DNA of 64,000 nt from a virus (IMGVR_UViG_2788499951_000002:32001-96000); one strand, 5' to 3'; positions 36,103 to 45,020 are shown, numbered from the stretch's first letter. Numbers and translations are program-made. Notes: generated by a model not told the origin, from the letters alone.

Positions 36103-38076
36103 ATGAGCAACAAGATCGCATCCCTGCGCAAGTCCCTCGAGAAGAAAGAGATCTCAACCAAACTGTCCCAGCCGGACGACTGGATCTCCTTTGGCTCTCA
36201 TGCGCTCAACTACATCGCCACCGGTTCTTTCTACCGTGGCATCCCCAACCGTCGTCTGGTTATGAACTTTGGTCAGTCTGGCTGTGTCGATGGTGAGACC
36301 GAGTATCTCTCCCCGACTGGCTGGAAGAAGATCTCCGACTATGTCGAAGGTGACAAGGTCGCTCAGTTCAATCTCGATGGTGAAGTCGCAGAGTTCGTCA
36401 CCCCCAAGGGCTTTGTGAAGACACCGACTGACGAGTTCTTCGTTCTCAGTTCAGACACTGGTATCGATCAGGTGCTGAGTCCGGAACACCGCGTCCTCTA
36501 CGAGGATGACAACGGTGAGTTTCAGACTGATTTGGCGGCAAGCTTTGTCACCAATCACAATGAGGGTAAGCTGAACGGTGCCCGTATCCCGTGGCAGGTG
36601 AGTCTGGGTGGCACTGGTACTGGTCTGACAACTGACGAGGTACTGCTCCATACCCTGATGGATGCTATGCCTACCGTCGAGACTGACGAGGTGGTCAGTG
36701 TTGGGTTCCTGTCCAAGGATACTGATCAGTATCATCGTGCTCTGGACTTCAGCATGATTGTCTCGGAGATTGGCTGTGACACATTCAGCCTGAATGTTGA
36801 TGGTGGCGTCCCCACCGTTTCATTCGTTCCCACGGTGAGTCGTGAGAAGTGGCGAGAGGTACGCTGGAACATTGCAGACTCGGAACTCCCGCACATCTGG
36901 GGTGTCCTGCAATCACCGAACAACGGAACCCTGCTTTACCCGAGTACGAACAAGTCAGATGTCGACTTCGTGCAGTATGTGATGAATGCCGACGGTGAGC
37001 GAACCTCTGTTCTGACCTTTACTGATGAGGATAATCCGGAACTGGTTTGGCATACACTGGTCGAAGAATCATCACGTATGACTCTCGACGAGGACGAGAT
37101 CGGCCTGATTGAGAAGGAAGACATCGGCCATGACGGCTTCAAGTACTGCTTCGCGGTACCAAGTGGTTATCTGGTCATGCGCCGTAACGGCTCTGTCTTC
37201 ATCACCGGTAACACGGGTAAGTCTCTGATCGCTGGTCATGCTGCGAAGAACATGCAGGACAACGGTCGACTGGTCATCTATATCGATACCGAGGATGCGA
37301 TTGATCCTGACTATCTGAAGCGCATCGGGGTTGATGTGGACGATGAAGACAAGTTCATGCCGATCCGACTGAGCACCATCGAGGATCTGAGTGATGTCAC
37401 CTCTGAAATCTTCAGAACCTTCGAGAAGACGGACAAGATCGGTATCATCGTTGACTCACTCGGTATGATCGATACTCGGGACCGCACTGAGGCATTCGAC
37501 AAGAAGGGTGAGATGAAGAACGACATGGGTGTTCTCGCCAAGAAGCTGAAGCAGTACCTGCGTTCAATCGCTGCCAAGGTCGGTGAGTATGACTGCATGT
37601 TCCTCGCGAACCAGCACGTATACGCCAACCAGAACGTACTGGATGGGCGCGGGACTCACGTTCCCAGTGGTGGCGAAGCCCAGATCTACATCCCGTCCAT
37701 CAGTCTCATGTTCAAGAAACTGAAACTGAAGGAAGATGGTGCCATCACCGGTATCAAACTGAAGGCCACGACAGAGAAGACCCGCTTCTTCCAGCTCGGA
37801 TATGCGGTTCAGCTCGAAGTTCCGTATGCCACCGGTATCGATCCGTATGACGGCGTTCTGGAGATCATCGAGTCGAACTCTGACTTCCTGTCCAAGTCTG
37901 GTGCGTGGTATAGCTATCAGGACGACGAGGGCAACACTGTCAAGTTCCAGAAGAGCAAGTCCGAGGAACATCTGGACTACCTCATGGGACGCATGGAACC
38001 GTCCGAGGAAGAGCTTCTGAGTCGACTGAGTGAGAGTGAGGGTGAAGAAGAATCCTCTGAGAATGAAGAAGACTGA
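36103..38076 (+). CDS. uvsX: RecA/UvsX recombinase containing an intein
   Basis: WIS.GS.ALN, Walker A GQSG^TGKS split by the intein, YIDTEDA, Walker B IIVDSLG, ANQHVY, SGG. Confidence 0.93.
   Translation: MSNKIASLRKSLEKKEISTKLSQPDDWISFGSHALNYIATGSFYRGIPNRRLVMNFGQSGCVDGETEYLSPTGWKKISDYVEGDKVAQFNLDGEVAEFVTPKGFVKTPTDEFFVLSSDTGIDQVLSPEHRVLYEDDNGEFQTDLAASFVTNHNEGKLNGARIPWQVSLGGTGTGLTTDEVLLHTLMDAMPTVETDEVVSVGFLSKDTDQYHRALDFSMIVSEIGCDTFSLNVDGGVPTVSFVPTVSREKWREVRWNIADSELPHIWGVLQSPNNGTLLYPSTNKSDVDFVQYVMNADGERTSVLTFTDEDNPELVWHTLVEESSRMTLDEDEIGLIEKEDIGHDGFKYCFAVPSGYLVMRRNGSVFITGNTGKSLIAGHAAKNMQDNGRLVIYIDTEDAIDPDYLKRIGVDVDDEDKFMPIRLSTIEDLSDVTSEIFRTFEKTDKIGIIVDSLGMIDTRDRTEAFDKKGEMKNDMGVLAKKLKQYLRSIAAKVGEYDCMFLANQHVYANQNVLDGRGTHVPSGGEAQIYIPSISLMFKKLKLKEDGAITGIKLKATTEKTRFFQLGYAVQLEVPYATGIDPYDGVLEIIESNSDFLSKSGAWYSYQDDEGNTVKFQKSKSEEHLDYLMGRMEPSEEELLSRLSESEGEEESSENEED
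36283..37212 (+). mobile_element. Intein (310 aa) in the UvsX P-loop, with degenerate endonuclease region
   Basis: Begins CVDGETEYLSPTGW; block B LSPEHRV; ends YCFAVPSGYLVMRRNGSVFITGN with +1 Thr. Confidence 0.93.
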
Positions 38077-38097
38077 TCTGTGATGTGAAGTAAGTAT

Positions 38098-38131
38098 AGG
38101 GCTGGCTCCTCTGGGGTCAGCCCTTATTTTT
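38098..38131 (+). terminator. Rho-independent terminator
   Basis: AGGGCTGGCTCC-TCT-GGGGTCAGCCCT-TATTTTT. Confidence 0.75.
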
Positions 38132-38141
38132 GGAGATGACC

Positions 38142-38237
38142 ATGGACATTCTATGGCAAATTGCCCTTCTGATCGCAGTCTGTGTTTTCATACGTATGCT
38201 GGCAGCCGCCTTCTGGCATGATGATCAAGACTATTGA
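38142..38237 (+). CDS. Small membrane peptide (31 aa, not in ORF track)
   Basis: MDILWQIALLIAVCVFIRMLAAAFWHDDQDY preceded by GGAG. Confidence 0.45.
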   Translation: MDILWQIALLIAVCVFIRMLAAAFWHDDQDY

Positions 38238-38262
38238 CATCCTCCCATGACTTTGAGATAAT
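38234..38262 (+). promoter_or_regulatory. Sigma70-type promoter
   Basis: TTGACA-N17-GATAAT upstream of the uvsY-like gene. Confidence 0.65.
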
Positions 38263-38283
38263 CAACCATCAACTGAGGAGACC

Positions 38284-38733
38284 ATGATGGACGTTATTGA
38301 TATTCAGAACCGTCTTGCAACACTCGAGGCGGAGTTCAACACCCTGTTCAATGATACCCTTCCCCTTTTCGACCTGAGTGGCAACACACTCAAGGCATGT
38401 CTGATCAATCAGCTCCCGATGCAGGTCGAGTGGGAGATGATGGTTCGCAAACTCTCGTATCTGTTTGACGAATGTGAGATGGAGATGGAGACAGCATATT
38501 CCGCCTCGTTCAAGAATGAGATGTCGAACAAATATGTCAAGGTCTCGACTACTGAGGCCAAGGAGTTCGCAAAGGCCGACCCGACATATCAATCTTATCG
38601 CAGGGCATTGAACAAGGTCAGACAGGTACGCGATGAGGCTCGTGGATGTCTCGAGACTGTCATGTCCAGAAAGTACACCTGTAACAGTCTGACCAACGCA
38701 ATCGTCGCCGGTGTCGATTCAACTATCCTGTAA
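38284..38733 (+). CDS. uvsY: UvsY-like recombination mediator
   Basis: 149-aa helical protein (S.TEAKEFAKADP.Y) between uvsX and uvsW, the T4-type synteny. Confidence 0.65.
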   Translation: MMDVIDIQNRLATLEAEFNTLFNDTLPLFDLSGNTLKACLINQLPMQVEWEMMVRKLSYLFDECEMEMETAYSASFKNEMSNKYVKVSTTEAKEFAKADPTYQSYRRALNKVRQVRDEARGCLETVMSRKYTCNSLTNAIVAGVDSTIL

Positions 38734-38742
38734 GGAGACAAC

Positions 38743-39021
38743 ATGAACCCACTTCAGCGCATTTCCGAGATCCATGGTGATTTCGATCAATGTGACCATG
38801 AGTTGCTCCGTGCACTCAGCCAGAAGACAGACGCGGAGCTTGAGCAGTTCTTGACTGACATGATTCGTCAGTTGGATGGGATACGATCCCAGAAGAATCC
38901 AAACTGGATCAAGCAACAGGAAGAGATAGTGAAGGCCACCCAGTTGATGATGGAGTATCGTCAGCTAGAGAAGGTGATCAGAGAAGAACGAGACGACTTA
39001 GGAGGCACGACGTTGGTATGA
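38743..39021 (+). CDS. Hypothetical protein
   Basis: AAGGAG RBS; coupled to the helicase gene. Confidence 0.6.
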   Translation: MNPLQRISEIHGDFDQCDHELLRALSQKTDAELEQFLTDMIRQLDGIRSQKNPNWIKQQEEIVKATQLMMEYRQLEKVIREERDDLGGTTLV

Positions 39022-40466
39022 AGAAAACAATCACACTACTGGATGAGGTGAACTGTCAGTTTGATGGATTCACACGATCCGAGATATCGAAGATTTCCGA
39101 GTGCGTCTCATACCTCCCTGAGGGGTATTTCCAGATGGCCGCATACAAGCTTGGGAATGTGGATGCATGCAAGGAACGCCTGATGACCCCAGAGGGAGTA
39201 ACGTTCATCTACCTCATCCCCGAGATCCTCGACTACATGGATCTGATTGGTTTCAATACTGATGCGGTCGAGTTGGTTGATGAGCGACCTCCCGTTCCCG
39301 ATCTGGATATCCCCCTTGTCGATGAGAACTTCCTTCTGGAGGAGACAGGGTTCCCGCTGCGCCCTCATCAACAGGAAGGCATCAACGCGGTCATTCAGGG
39401 CCGAAAAGGGATCCTTGAGTACGCAACATCAAGCGGTAAGACATTGTGCACTGTGGGCATCTCCAAGGCGTTTGACGGGATACTGAAGAGTCTGGTCATC
39501 GTCCCGTCCGAGGCATTGGTCCATCAGACATATGAAGATTACGCGAAGACGAATCTCAATGCGATTGCTCTGACCAAGAAGATCAAGCCCGCCAAGCGTG
39601 CTCAAGCCTTCAAGGATCATGACCATGTGATCATCACCTCGAAGCTGCTGGCCAACTGCCTCGAACATGTCGACGGTGAGCAGTATGTGGTGATGCTGGA
39701 TGAGTGCCATGTCAACGGTCCTATCCTTCTCGATGCACTTCGATTCGAACTGGGGAATTGTCCGATTCGTGTTGGTATGACTGCCACCATGCCGACTCAT
39801 GAACTGAAGAACGTGAAGACCAAGGCCACCATCGGGGGTGATGTCCTCTCTGAGGTGACTACCAAGTTCCTGAGCGATGAGAGCATGGTGTCTTCCTCCA
39901 ACATTGAAGTCATCACGATTGATCACCCCGAGATTGACGACGTTTCGAACGGTGGGGACATCGAGTGGACGTGGGATCTGGAAAGTCACTATACCGGATC
40001 CAATGTTGATCGAATCGATGCCATCGCCAGTCACATTGAGAGTCTCCCTAAGACCAACACCCTGATCCTCTGTCATGCTGCTGTTGGTAAGATGATGAGT
40101 GATCGTCTCGGGTCGGACCTCATCGTGGATGAGACACCCACCAGTGAGCGTAAGGAGATGTTCACCAAGTTCGACGATTCGGATTACACACTGGTTGCGT
40201 CCTTCGGTACATCCGGCACCGGTCTCTCGATCAATCGCATCTTCCGAGTGATCCTGATCGACGTTGGCAAGAATGAGACGTATATCAAGCAGTCAATCGG
40301 TCGTGGTCTTCGTCTCGATGGTGACAGGAACGAGGTAGAGATCATTGACATCTCATCCAATACCAAGTATGCTAAGAAGCACCGCAAAAGTCGAATCAAG
40401 GTTTATGAACGAGATGAGTACAACTATTTCAATTCAGAAACCACCATAACCGTAAAGGAGGCGTAA
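39018..40466 (+). CDS. uvsW: UvsW-like superfamily 2 helicase
   Basis: LRPHQ, ATSSGKT, DECH, MTAT, GTGLSI, QSIGRGLR. Confidence 0.93.
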   Translation: MKKTITLLDEVNCQFDGFTRSEISKISECVSYLPEGYFQMAAYKLGNVDACKERLMTPEGVTFIYLIPEILDYMDLIGFNTDAVELVDERPPVPDLDIPLVDENFLLEETGFPLRPHQQEGINAVIQGRKGILEYATSSGKTLCTVGISKAFDGILKSLVIVPSEALVHQTYEDYAKTNLNAIALTKKIKPAKRAQAFKDHDHVIITSKLLANCLEHVDGEQYVVMLDECHVNGPILLDALRFELGNCPIRVGMTATMPTHELKNVKTKATIGGDVLSEVTTKFLSDESMVSSSNIEVITIDHPEIDDVSNGGDIEWTWDLESHYTGSNVDRIDAIASHIESLPKTNTLILCHAAVGKMMSDRLGSDLIVDETPTSERKEMFTKFDDSDYTLVASFGTSGTGLSINRIFRVILIDVGKNETYIKQSIGRGLRLDGDRNEVEIIDISSNTKYAKKHRKSRIKVYERDEYNYFNSETTITVKEA

Positions 40467-40470
40467 GCCA

Positions 40471-40938
40471 TTGAATTATATCGGAATTGACAACGAAGAA
40501 CTCCCGTGCACTGACGAGATCACTATCACGAAACGTCTGTTCGAGTTCAATGTAGACAAGCGCGACTACTTTCTGAACTTCAAGACGAACTGGAACATCG
40601 TTGAGACCAAGGGGTATCGATTCTCAATCGCCGGAGGGGACTTCATTCTCCCCAGTGGGTTCTTCATCATGCTGACAGACGACGTCGGTGAGATCGATTG
40701 GATCCCTGTTGATGAGAGCTTCGCTCGTCCTCTCGAGTTCGCGGCTTTCAATTCTGACCTCAACATCTGGAAGGCTGAATTACCGGTTGTCACTGGCTAT
40801 GAGGATGTGTCAATCTTCTGGCCCATGGGGAAGAACATCATCCCAGTGCAATCCAACGGTGTGGTGCTGATGATCAGTGACAAGGATCACTATCAGAAGT
40901 TCAAGAACTTCACGGTCGACGCCTTCACTATCAACTAG
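40471..40938 (+). CDS. Hypothetical protein
   Basis: TTG start with AAGGAGG RBS; lies between uvsW and the DnaE fragment. Confidence 0.65.
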   Translation: MNYIGIDNEELPCTDEITITKRLFEFNVDKRDYFLNFKTNWNIVETKGYRFSIAGGDFILPSGFFIMLTDDVGEIDWIPVDESFARPLEFAAFNSDLNIWKAELPVVTGYEDVSIFWPMGKNIIPVQSNGVVLMISDKDHYQKFKNFTVDAFTIN

Positions 40939-40947
40939 GGAGAGCAT

Positions 40948-41475
40948 ATGTACTTTGACGAGCGAAACCAACGGATTCTTCTCCGCGATGGACGCTCGGT
41001 CATGACGGAAGACGAATTTGCCCGTAGGGTTCTCAAAGACGAGAGTCTTGCGGGTATCTCTGTTTTGTCATCCCGAGCAACCGAGGTGTTTGATGAACGA
41101 TATCGACACGGGGGAGACCCAATCACTGCCGACGTGGAAGAGGTCGACGTCACCCCGACGGATAGCCATGATCACTCTGATGAAGACCTCAATCGCATCC
41201 TGAGGATCATCGCTGATTCTGACAGGATGAAGGACCGACCCGACGAATACTGGGACAGGATCGCAGATGAGATCGACTTCTTCTCACGGAGCAAGAACAT
41301 CGTCTTCCTGCAGAAGTGCATCGATCTTGTTGACAAGTTCAGGGAAGAGAAAGTCGTGTGGGGAGTGGGGCGAGGATCGTCAGCAGCGAGTCTGGTCCTC
41401 TATGTGATCGAGATTCATGACATTGATCCGATCCGCTATGGCATCCCGTTCAGTGAACTTTCAAAGGAGATGTAG
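40948..41475 (+). CDS. Minimal DnaE (Pol III alpha)-like polymerase, subunit 1
   Basis: Y..RI..E...VWGVGRGSSAASLVLYVIEIHDIDPIRYGIPF matches the DnaE GPGRGS..GSLV.Y...IT..DP motif. Confidence 0.85.
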   Translation: MYFDERNQRILLRDGRSVMTEDEFARRVLKDESLAGISVLSSRATEVFDERYRHGGDPITADVEEVDVTPTDSHDHSDEDLNRILRIIADSDRMKDRPDEYWDRIADEIDFFSRSKNIVFLQKCIDLVDKFREEKVVWGVGRGSSAASLVLYVIEIHDIDPIRYGIPFSELSKEM

Positions 41476-41476
41476 C

Positions 41477-42034
41477 ATGTCACCAAGGTCCAAGCGAAGT
41501 AACACCCGAATCCACACATCACGGCTGACAGAGGAAGGCCAGCGCATCATCGAGAAGTACGTCCCTCGTATGATGGACGCTATAGCGGTGGACGTCTCAG
41601 GTCCAGAGACTGTGAAGTCCATCCTTGAGATGACGATGGCATCACAGTGGGAAGTCCCAGATACTGCGAAAATATGGGCATTCCACACGGAAGGGACATT
41701 CGGGATCGAGTTCTTTCCGGCGGGTATCTCATTCCATGCCGACACTCCGGATCGTGTAACGACGTTGTCGGGGGAGATGAGACTCAACACTCCCTCACGT
41801 GCCTCGTATCCGTACTCCGCATTTGGTTTCACCCCTGATGAGATCCGAGAGATCACCGGTCTCATGGTGGAGATTGCATCCATCCTTCCGGTGAATCAAA
41901 CCACCTCCAAGAAGAAGCGAATGATCCAAGAGGACAGTACATATGAAGCTGGGCGGTTCTCCTTACCTCGCCAGCATCGAATCCTCATTGAGCATGAGGC
42001 TCTTTCTACATACAAGGCCATGGTGCAACTATGA
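41477..42034 (+). CDS. Hypothetical protein, paralogue array B
   Basis: Start after AAGGAG; G(I/V)(S/H)..., PY/PW and EI.E patterns shared with the next two members; ends YKAMVQL. Confidence 0.65.
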   Translation: MSPRSKRSNTRIHTSRLTEEGQRIIEKYVPRMMDAIAVDVSGPETVKSILEMTMASQWEVPDTAKIWAFHTEGTFGIEFFPAGISFHADTPDRVTTLSGEMRLNTPSRASYPYSAFGFTPDEIREITGLMVEIASILPVNQTTSKKKRMIQEDSTYEAGRFSLPRQHRILIEHEALSTYKAMVQL

Positions 42035-42174
42035 ACCGAACCGTATATTTCTGCCCCAAGTGTCGAGATGACTGGGCTGGCAAGTACGACACAAACCACC
42101 GGTGCACCCACTGCGGTTCACCCATCCACACACGAACCGAGGGGAGGAAAGATGAAACTGCCAGCCAAGTATAG
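42031..42174 (+). CDS. Small zinc-ribbon protein (47 aa, not in ORF track)
   Basis: MNRTVYFCPKCRDDWAGKYDTNHRCTHCGSPIHTRTEGRKDETASQV; ATGA overlap with the upstream stop. Confidence 0.7.
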   Translation: MNRTVYFCPKCRDDWAGKYDTNHRCTHCGSPIHTRTEGRKDETASQV

Positions 42175-42697
42175 GAGGCGTCGTTCGAGTGCCAGACTGT
42201 GTACCTACGACTTTCTGAATGAGACCAATCGAGACCATCTCGAACACATCATGAGTGCGGTCGAGACGCATCTTGAATCAGTCATGATCGATGTGTTCTC
42301 TGACCCTCAAAACACGGACGGGGTAGCATTTGAAACCCTAAGAGGGGCATATGGAACAACCGAGGTCGCCATCGGGCTTACTGCCTTTGGGGTGTCATTG
42401 ACGCCGACGAATAATATCCCCGAGCCGCACTGGGGTATTATCCCTTGGGTCAAATTGATGCCATATATCAATCGAGACATCGAAGAGATGGTAATGTCCA
42501 TCTCCCTGAACCTCGAAGAGGCCGTCAAGCGACCGACGCCCGTACGCATAGATGGCATCAGCGAAAGAGAAAAAATGTCGATTCATCTGGGATTCGCACC
42601 TCATAGACTGCATAGCCCCTCAGTCCCCTACTGTGCCAGAATCGTCATCCCGATAAATTCAATGTTCGAAGAAGCCAACGCGCTAGGAGATCTCTGA
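42152..42697 (+). CDS. Hypothetical protein, paralogue array B
   Basis: MKLPAKY...TYD...IIPW...LGFAP...NSM; GGAGG RBS; ends ANALGDL. Confidence 0.75.
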   Translation: MKLPAKYRRRRSSARLCTYDFLNETNRDHLEHIMSAVETHLESVMIDVFSDPQNTDGVAFETLRGAYGTTEVAIGLTAFGVSLTPTNNIPEPHWGIIPWVKLMPYINRDIEEMVMSISLNLEEAVKRPTPVRIDGISEREKMSIHLGFAPHRLHSPSVPYCARIVIPINSMFEEANALGDL

Positions 42698-43305
42698 TGG
42701 AACTACCAGAGAAGTACAAGAAGTCTCGCCAGAAGATGACGTTTGTGACATATGACCTGATCCCTGATGAGGCACGGGAGATCCTCCATGGTCTCGTGAA
42801 TCGCATCGAGGAAAAGATTTACGAGACTCTCGATCATATCTCTTGGACGACAGAGCACGATCTGAGATCAATCTGGCCGGTTGATGCACCGTTCTTCGTA
42901 CTGAAATCCATGGCGAAACATGAGATTGAACAGACAGTGATGATCTCGGTGTTGGGTGTTCACATCGATAGTGTGTCCCGCTCCCCGAACCGTTCCGATC
43001 CGCTTCCGGTCATCCCGTGGGCATGGCTGGGATATGACGATATTTCCGAGATCCGCCGGATGTGTGTCACAGTTGACAGGGCAATCTCAGAGATGTACGC
43101 TTCGACTGGTGGATGGGCAGACAAGGATGAGAATGACAACACTGTCGCGTATAAGCTGGGGTTCTCCCCCATCAAGGGAGAAGGCGACATATCTCCCACC
43201 CGTGCAGCGTCAGTGAGACATCAGCGCCCGAACAACGTGACATTCCCCGTCGTATTCCGATTCAACTCATTCATGTCAGACCTTTCTGCAATGTGCTCAC
43301 TATAA
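42697..43305 (+). CDS. Hypothetical protein, paralogue array B
   Basis: MELPEKY...TYD...VIPW...LGFSP...NSF; ends LSAMCSL. Confidence 0.75.
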   Translation: MELPEKYKKSRQKMTFVTYDLIPDEAREILHGLVNRIEEKIYETLDHISWTTEHDLRSIWPVDAPFFVLKSMAKHEIEQTVMISVLGVHIDSVSRSPNRSDPLPVIPWAWLGYDDISEIRRMCVTVDRAISEMYASTGGWADKDENDNTVAYKLGFSPIKGEGDISPTRAASVRHQRPNNVTFPVVFRFNSFMSDLSAMCSL

Positions 43306-43316
43306 AGGAGATCTAA

Positions 43317-43625
43317 ATGTCAGACCTTATCAATGCCCGAAAGATTCGCCCCCTTCATGCCGAGTTCCTGTGTGTTCGGACTCGAAAGCCGAAGGAATCA
43401 AACTCTTTGATCTACACTCCGGATGAAGACATGGACGACGCAGCGGGGACCACCTTCACTGTTCTTCGTGTCGGTCCAGAGTGCAGAGAACTGAAAGAAG
43501 GCGACACCGTCGTTATCAAGTTCCAGAGCATGACCCCGCCATTCTTGGCATCAGTCGATGGTGAGGAGAAGATGGTAGCTATCGGGCCGGAGAGTTCAGT
43601 TCTGGCCGTCCTGACAGGAGAATGA
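43317..43625 (+). CDS. GroES/Cpn10-like co-chaperonin
   Basis: IRPL...mobile loop SNSLIYTP...VLRVGP....LKEGDTV...E..VLAV. Confidence 0.8.
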   Translation: MSDLINARKIRPLHAEFLCVRTRKPKESNSLIYTPDEDMDDAAGTTFTVLRVGPECRELKEGDTVVIKFQSMTPPFLASVDGEEKMVAIGPESSVLAVLTGE

Positions 43626-43963
43626 ACATGAAAGACGACTCACATCTGTTCCCTGCTAGTAAAGAAGAATCACCGATGTACCACACCCTGTTCGGGATAG
43701 TGACTTCCACACCGGACCCGTCCATGCAGTCCAAGCCGTTCGTTATGGCCATCAAGGAAGGATCATTCGACACCGTCACAGGAGAGGAGGGTGAAGTTGT
43801 CGAGTACTATGACATGATGGAACCTGACACAGACAAGCTGAAGGGGTGCCTGATCACCATCTATCAGGCGCGATACGGGAACATGTGTGGGACTTTTTCT
43901 GTCGAACCCCATGGACTTGTCCGTGTTGCTGATGATATGATCGATGCATACAACGAACTGTGA
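43622..43963 (+). CDS. Hypothetical protein
   Basis: Coupled ORF; ends MIDAYNEL. Confidence 0.6.
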   Translation: MNMKDDSHLFPASKEESPMYHTLFGIVTSTPDPSMQSKPFVMAIKEGSFDTVTGEEGEVVEYYDMMEPDTDKLKGCLITIYQARYGNMCGTFSVEPHGLVRVADDMIDAYNEL

Positions 43964-43971
43964 GGTGTAAC

Positions 43972-44541
43972 ATGAAATATCAGAACAAACGTATCATCAC
44001 TGACGTCGATGGTGTCCTCCTCGCATACGAGAAGACATTCAGTGAACACATGGGGTGGGACTTTGATGAGAAGTCTGACTCTTATCGGTCATTCGAGTGT
44101 ATGAACAATGATCCGGCATTCTGTGTCGGATCTGCCATCCGTGACTTCAACTCGTCTCCGGAATTCTCCCGTATCCCTCCTCTGGATGGGGCGATTGAGA
44201 TGATCGAGGCTGCGTTATCCTCGGGGTACAAGATCGACGTCATTACCAGTTGCGGTGGGACAGAAGAGATCCATGCGGCTCGGATCAAGAACCTGAAGGA
44301 CGTGTTCGGTGACGTCTTCACCTCGATCACCTGTCTCCCCCTTGGGGCGAGTAAGCGGTCTTCACTCGAGCGGTACAAGAACCAAGGACACATCTGGCTG
44401 GATGACTCGATCAGCCACTATCGAGATGGGCTGACTGCTGGTCTGGGTTCTCGTCTGGTGACTACCCCGTTCAATCGCGGGCTGAAAGACAAGGTTCGTC
44501 GAATCGAGTCATGCGCAGATCTGATCCCGCATCTCGAGTGA
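43972..44541 (+). CDS. HAD-superfamily 5'(3')-deoxyribonucleotidase-like protein
   Basis: ITDVDGVL, VITS, K, WLDDS motifs; PFN. Confidence 0.85.
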   Translation: MKYQNKRIITDVDGVLLAYEKTFSEHMGWDFDEKSDSYRSFECMNNDPAFCVGSAIRDFNSSPEFSRIPPLDGAIEMIEAALSSGYKIDVITSCGGTEEIHAARIKNLKDVFGDVFTSITCLPLGASKRSSLERYKNQGHIWLDDSISHYRDGLTAGLGSRLVTTPFNRGLKDKVRRIESCADLIPHLE

Positions 44542-44590
44542 ATTGGTTGCATAACACGCAACACTGATATTCCAAAACGGTATCAAAAAA

Positions 44591-44632
44591 TTTTGGACTT
44601 CTTGAATCCTTGACATAAATAGAAGTCCAAAA
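44591..44632 (+). promoter_or_regulatory. 12-bp inverted repeat enclosing a TAAATA late-promoter box, upstream of the tRNA cluster
   Basis: TTTTGGACTTCT-N18-AGAAGTCCAAAA; TAAATA at 44616-44621. Confidence 0.65.
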
Positions 44633-44634
44633 CG

Positions 44635-44662
44635 GGGGAGGCCGAATCATTCCTCCCCACCA
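44635..44662 (+). ncRNA. tRNA acceptor-stem-like microhelix ending in ACCA
   Basis: GGGGAGG-(10-nt loop)-CCTCCCC-A-CCA, five nt before tRNA-Asp. Confidence 0.5.
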
Positions 44663-44667
44663 TATAC

Positions 44668-44743
44668 GGCCCTGAGACCAACTGGGATTGGTACCTGTCT
44701 GTCGAACAGGACGCTGCGAGATCGAAACTCGTCTGGGCCGCCA
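44668..44743 (+). tRNA. tRNA-Asp(GTC)
   Basis: Cloverleaf; anticodon arm CCTGT-CT GTC GA-ACAGG; G73; encoded CCA; T-loop ATCGAAA; one U-U pair in the acceptor stem. Confidence 0.85.
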
Positions 44744-44745
44744 AT

Positions 44746-44832
44746 GGAGAATTGGCTGAGTGGCCGAAAGCGCTGGTCTTGAAAACCAGAGGACGTGAAA
44801 GCGTCCCGTGGGTTCGAATCCCACATTCTCCT
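44746..44832 (+). tRNA. tRNA-Ser(TGA)
   Basis: GGAGAAT/ATTCTCC acceptor stem, CTGGT-CT TGA AA-ACCAG, long variable arm, GGTTCGAATCC; no encoded CCA. Confidence 0.9.
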
Positions 44833-44836
44833 CAGG

Positions 44837-44926
44837 GGAAGATTGCCAGAGCGGTCGAATGGGATCGGTTGCTAACCGATTAGAGGTTAGTCCCTCTCAA
44901 GAGTTCGAATCTCTTATCTTCCCCCA
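44837..44926 (+). tRNA. tRNA-Ser(GCT)
   Basis: GGAAGAT/ATCTTCC, ATCGG-TT GCT AA-CCGAT, long variable arm, TTCGAAT, CCA. Confidence 0.9.
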
Positions 44927-44933
44927 ACTTCAT

Positions 44934-45008
44934 TCCGAGGTAGCTCAATGGTAGAGCAGACGGCTGTTACCCGTCAGGTTGTAGGATCGTGCCCTACCCT
45001 CGGAGCCA
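44934..45008 (+). tRNA. tRNA-Asn(GTT)
   Basis: TCCGAGG/CCTCGGA, GACGG-CT GTT AC-CCGTC, G73, CCA; atypical T-loop ATCGTGC. Confidence 0.9.
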
Positions 45009-45020
45009 AACAAAAAGGTG

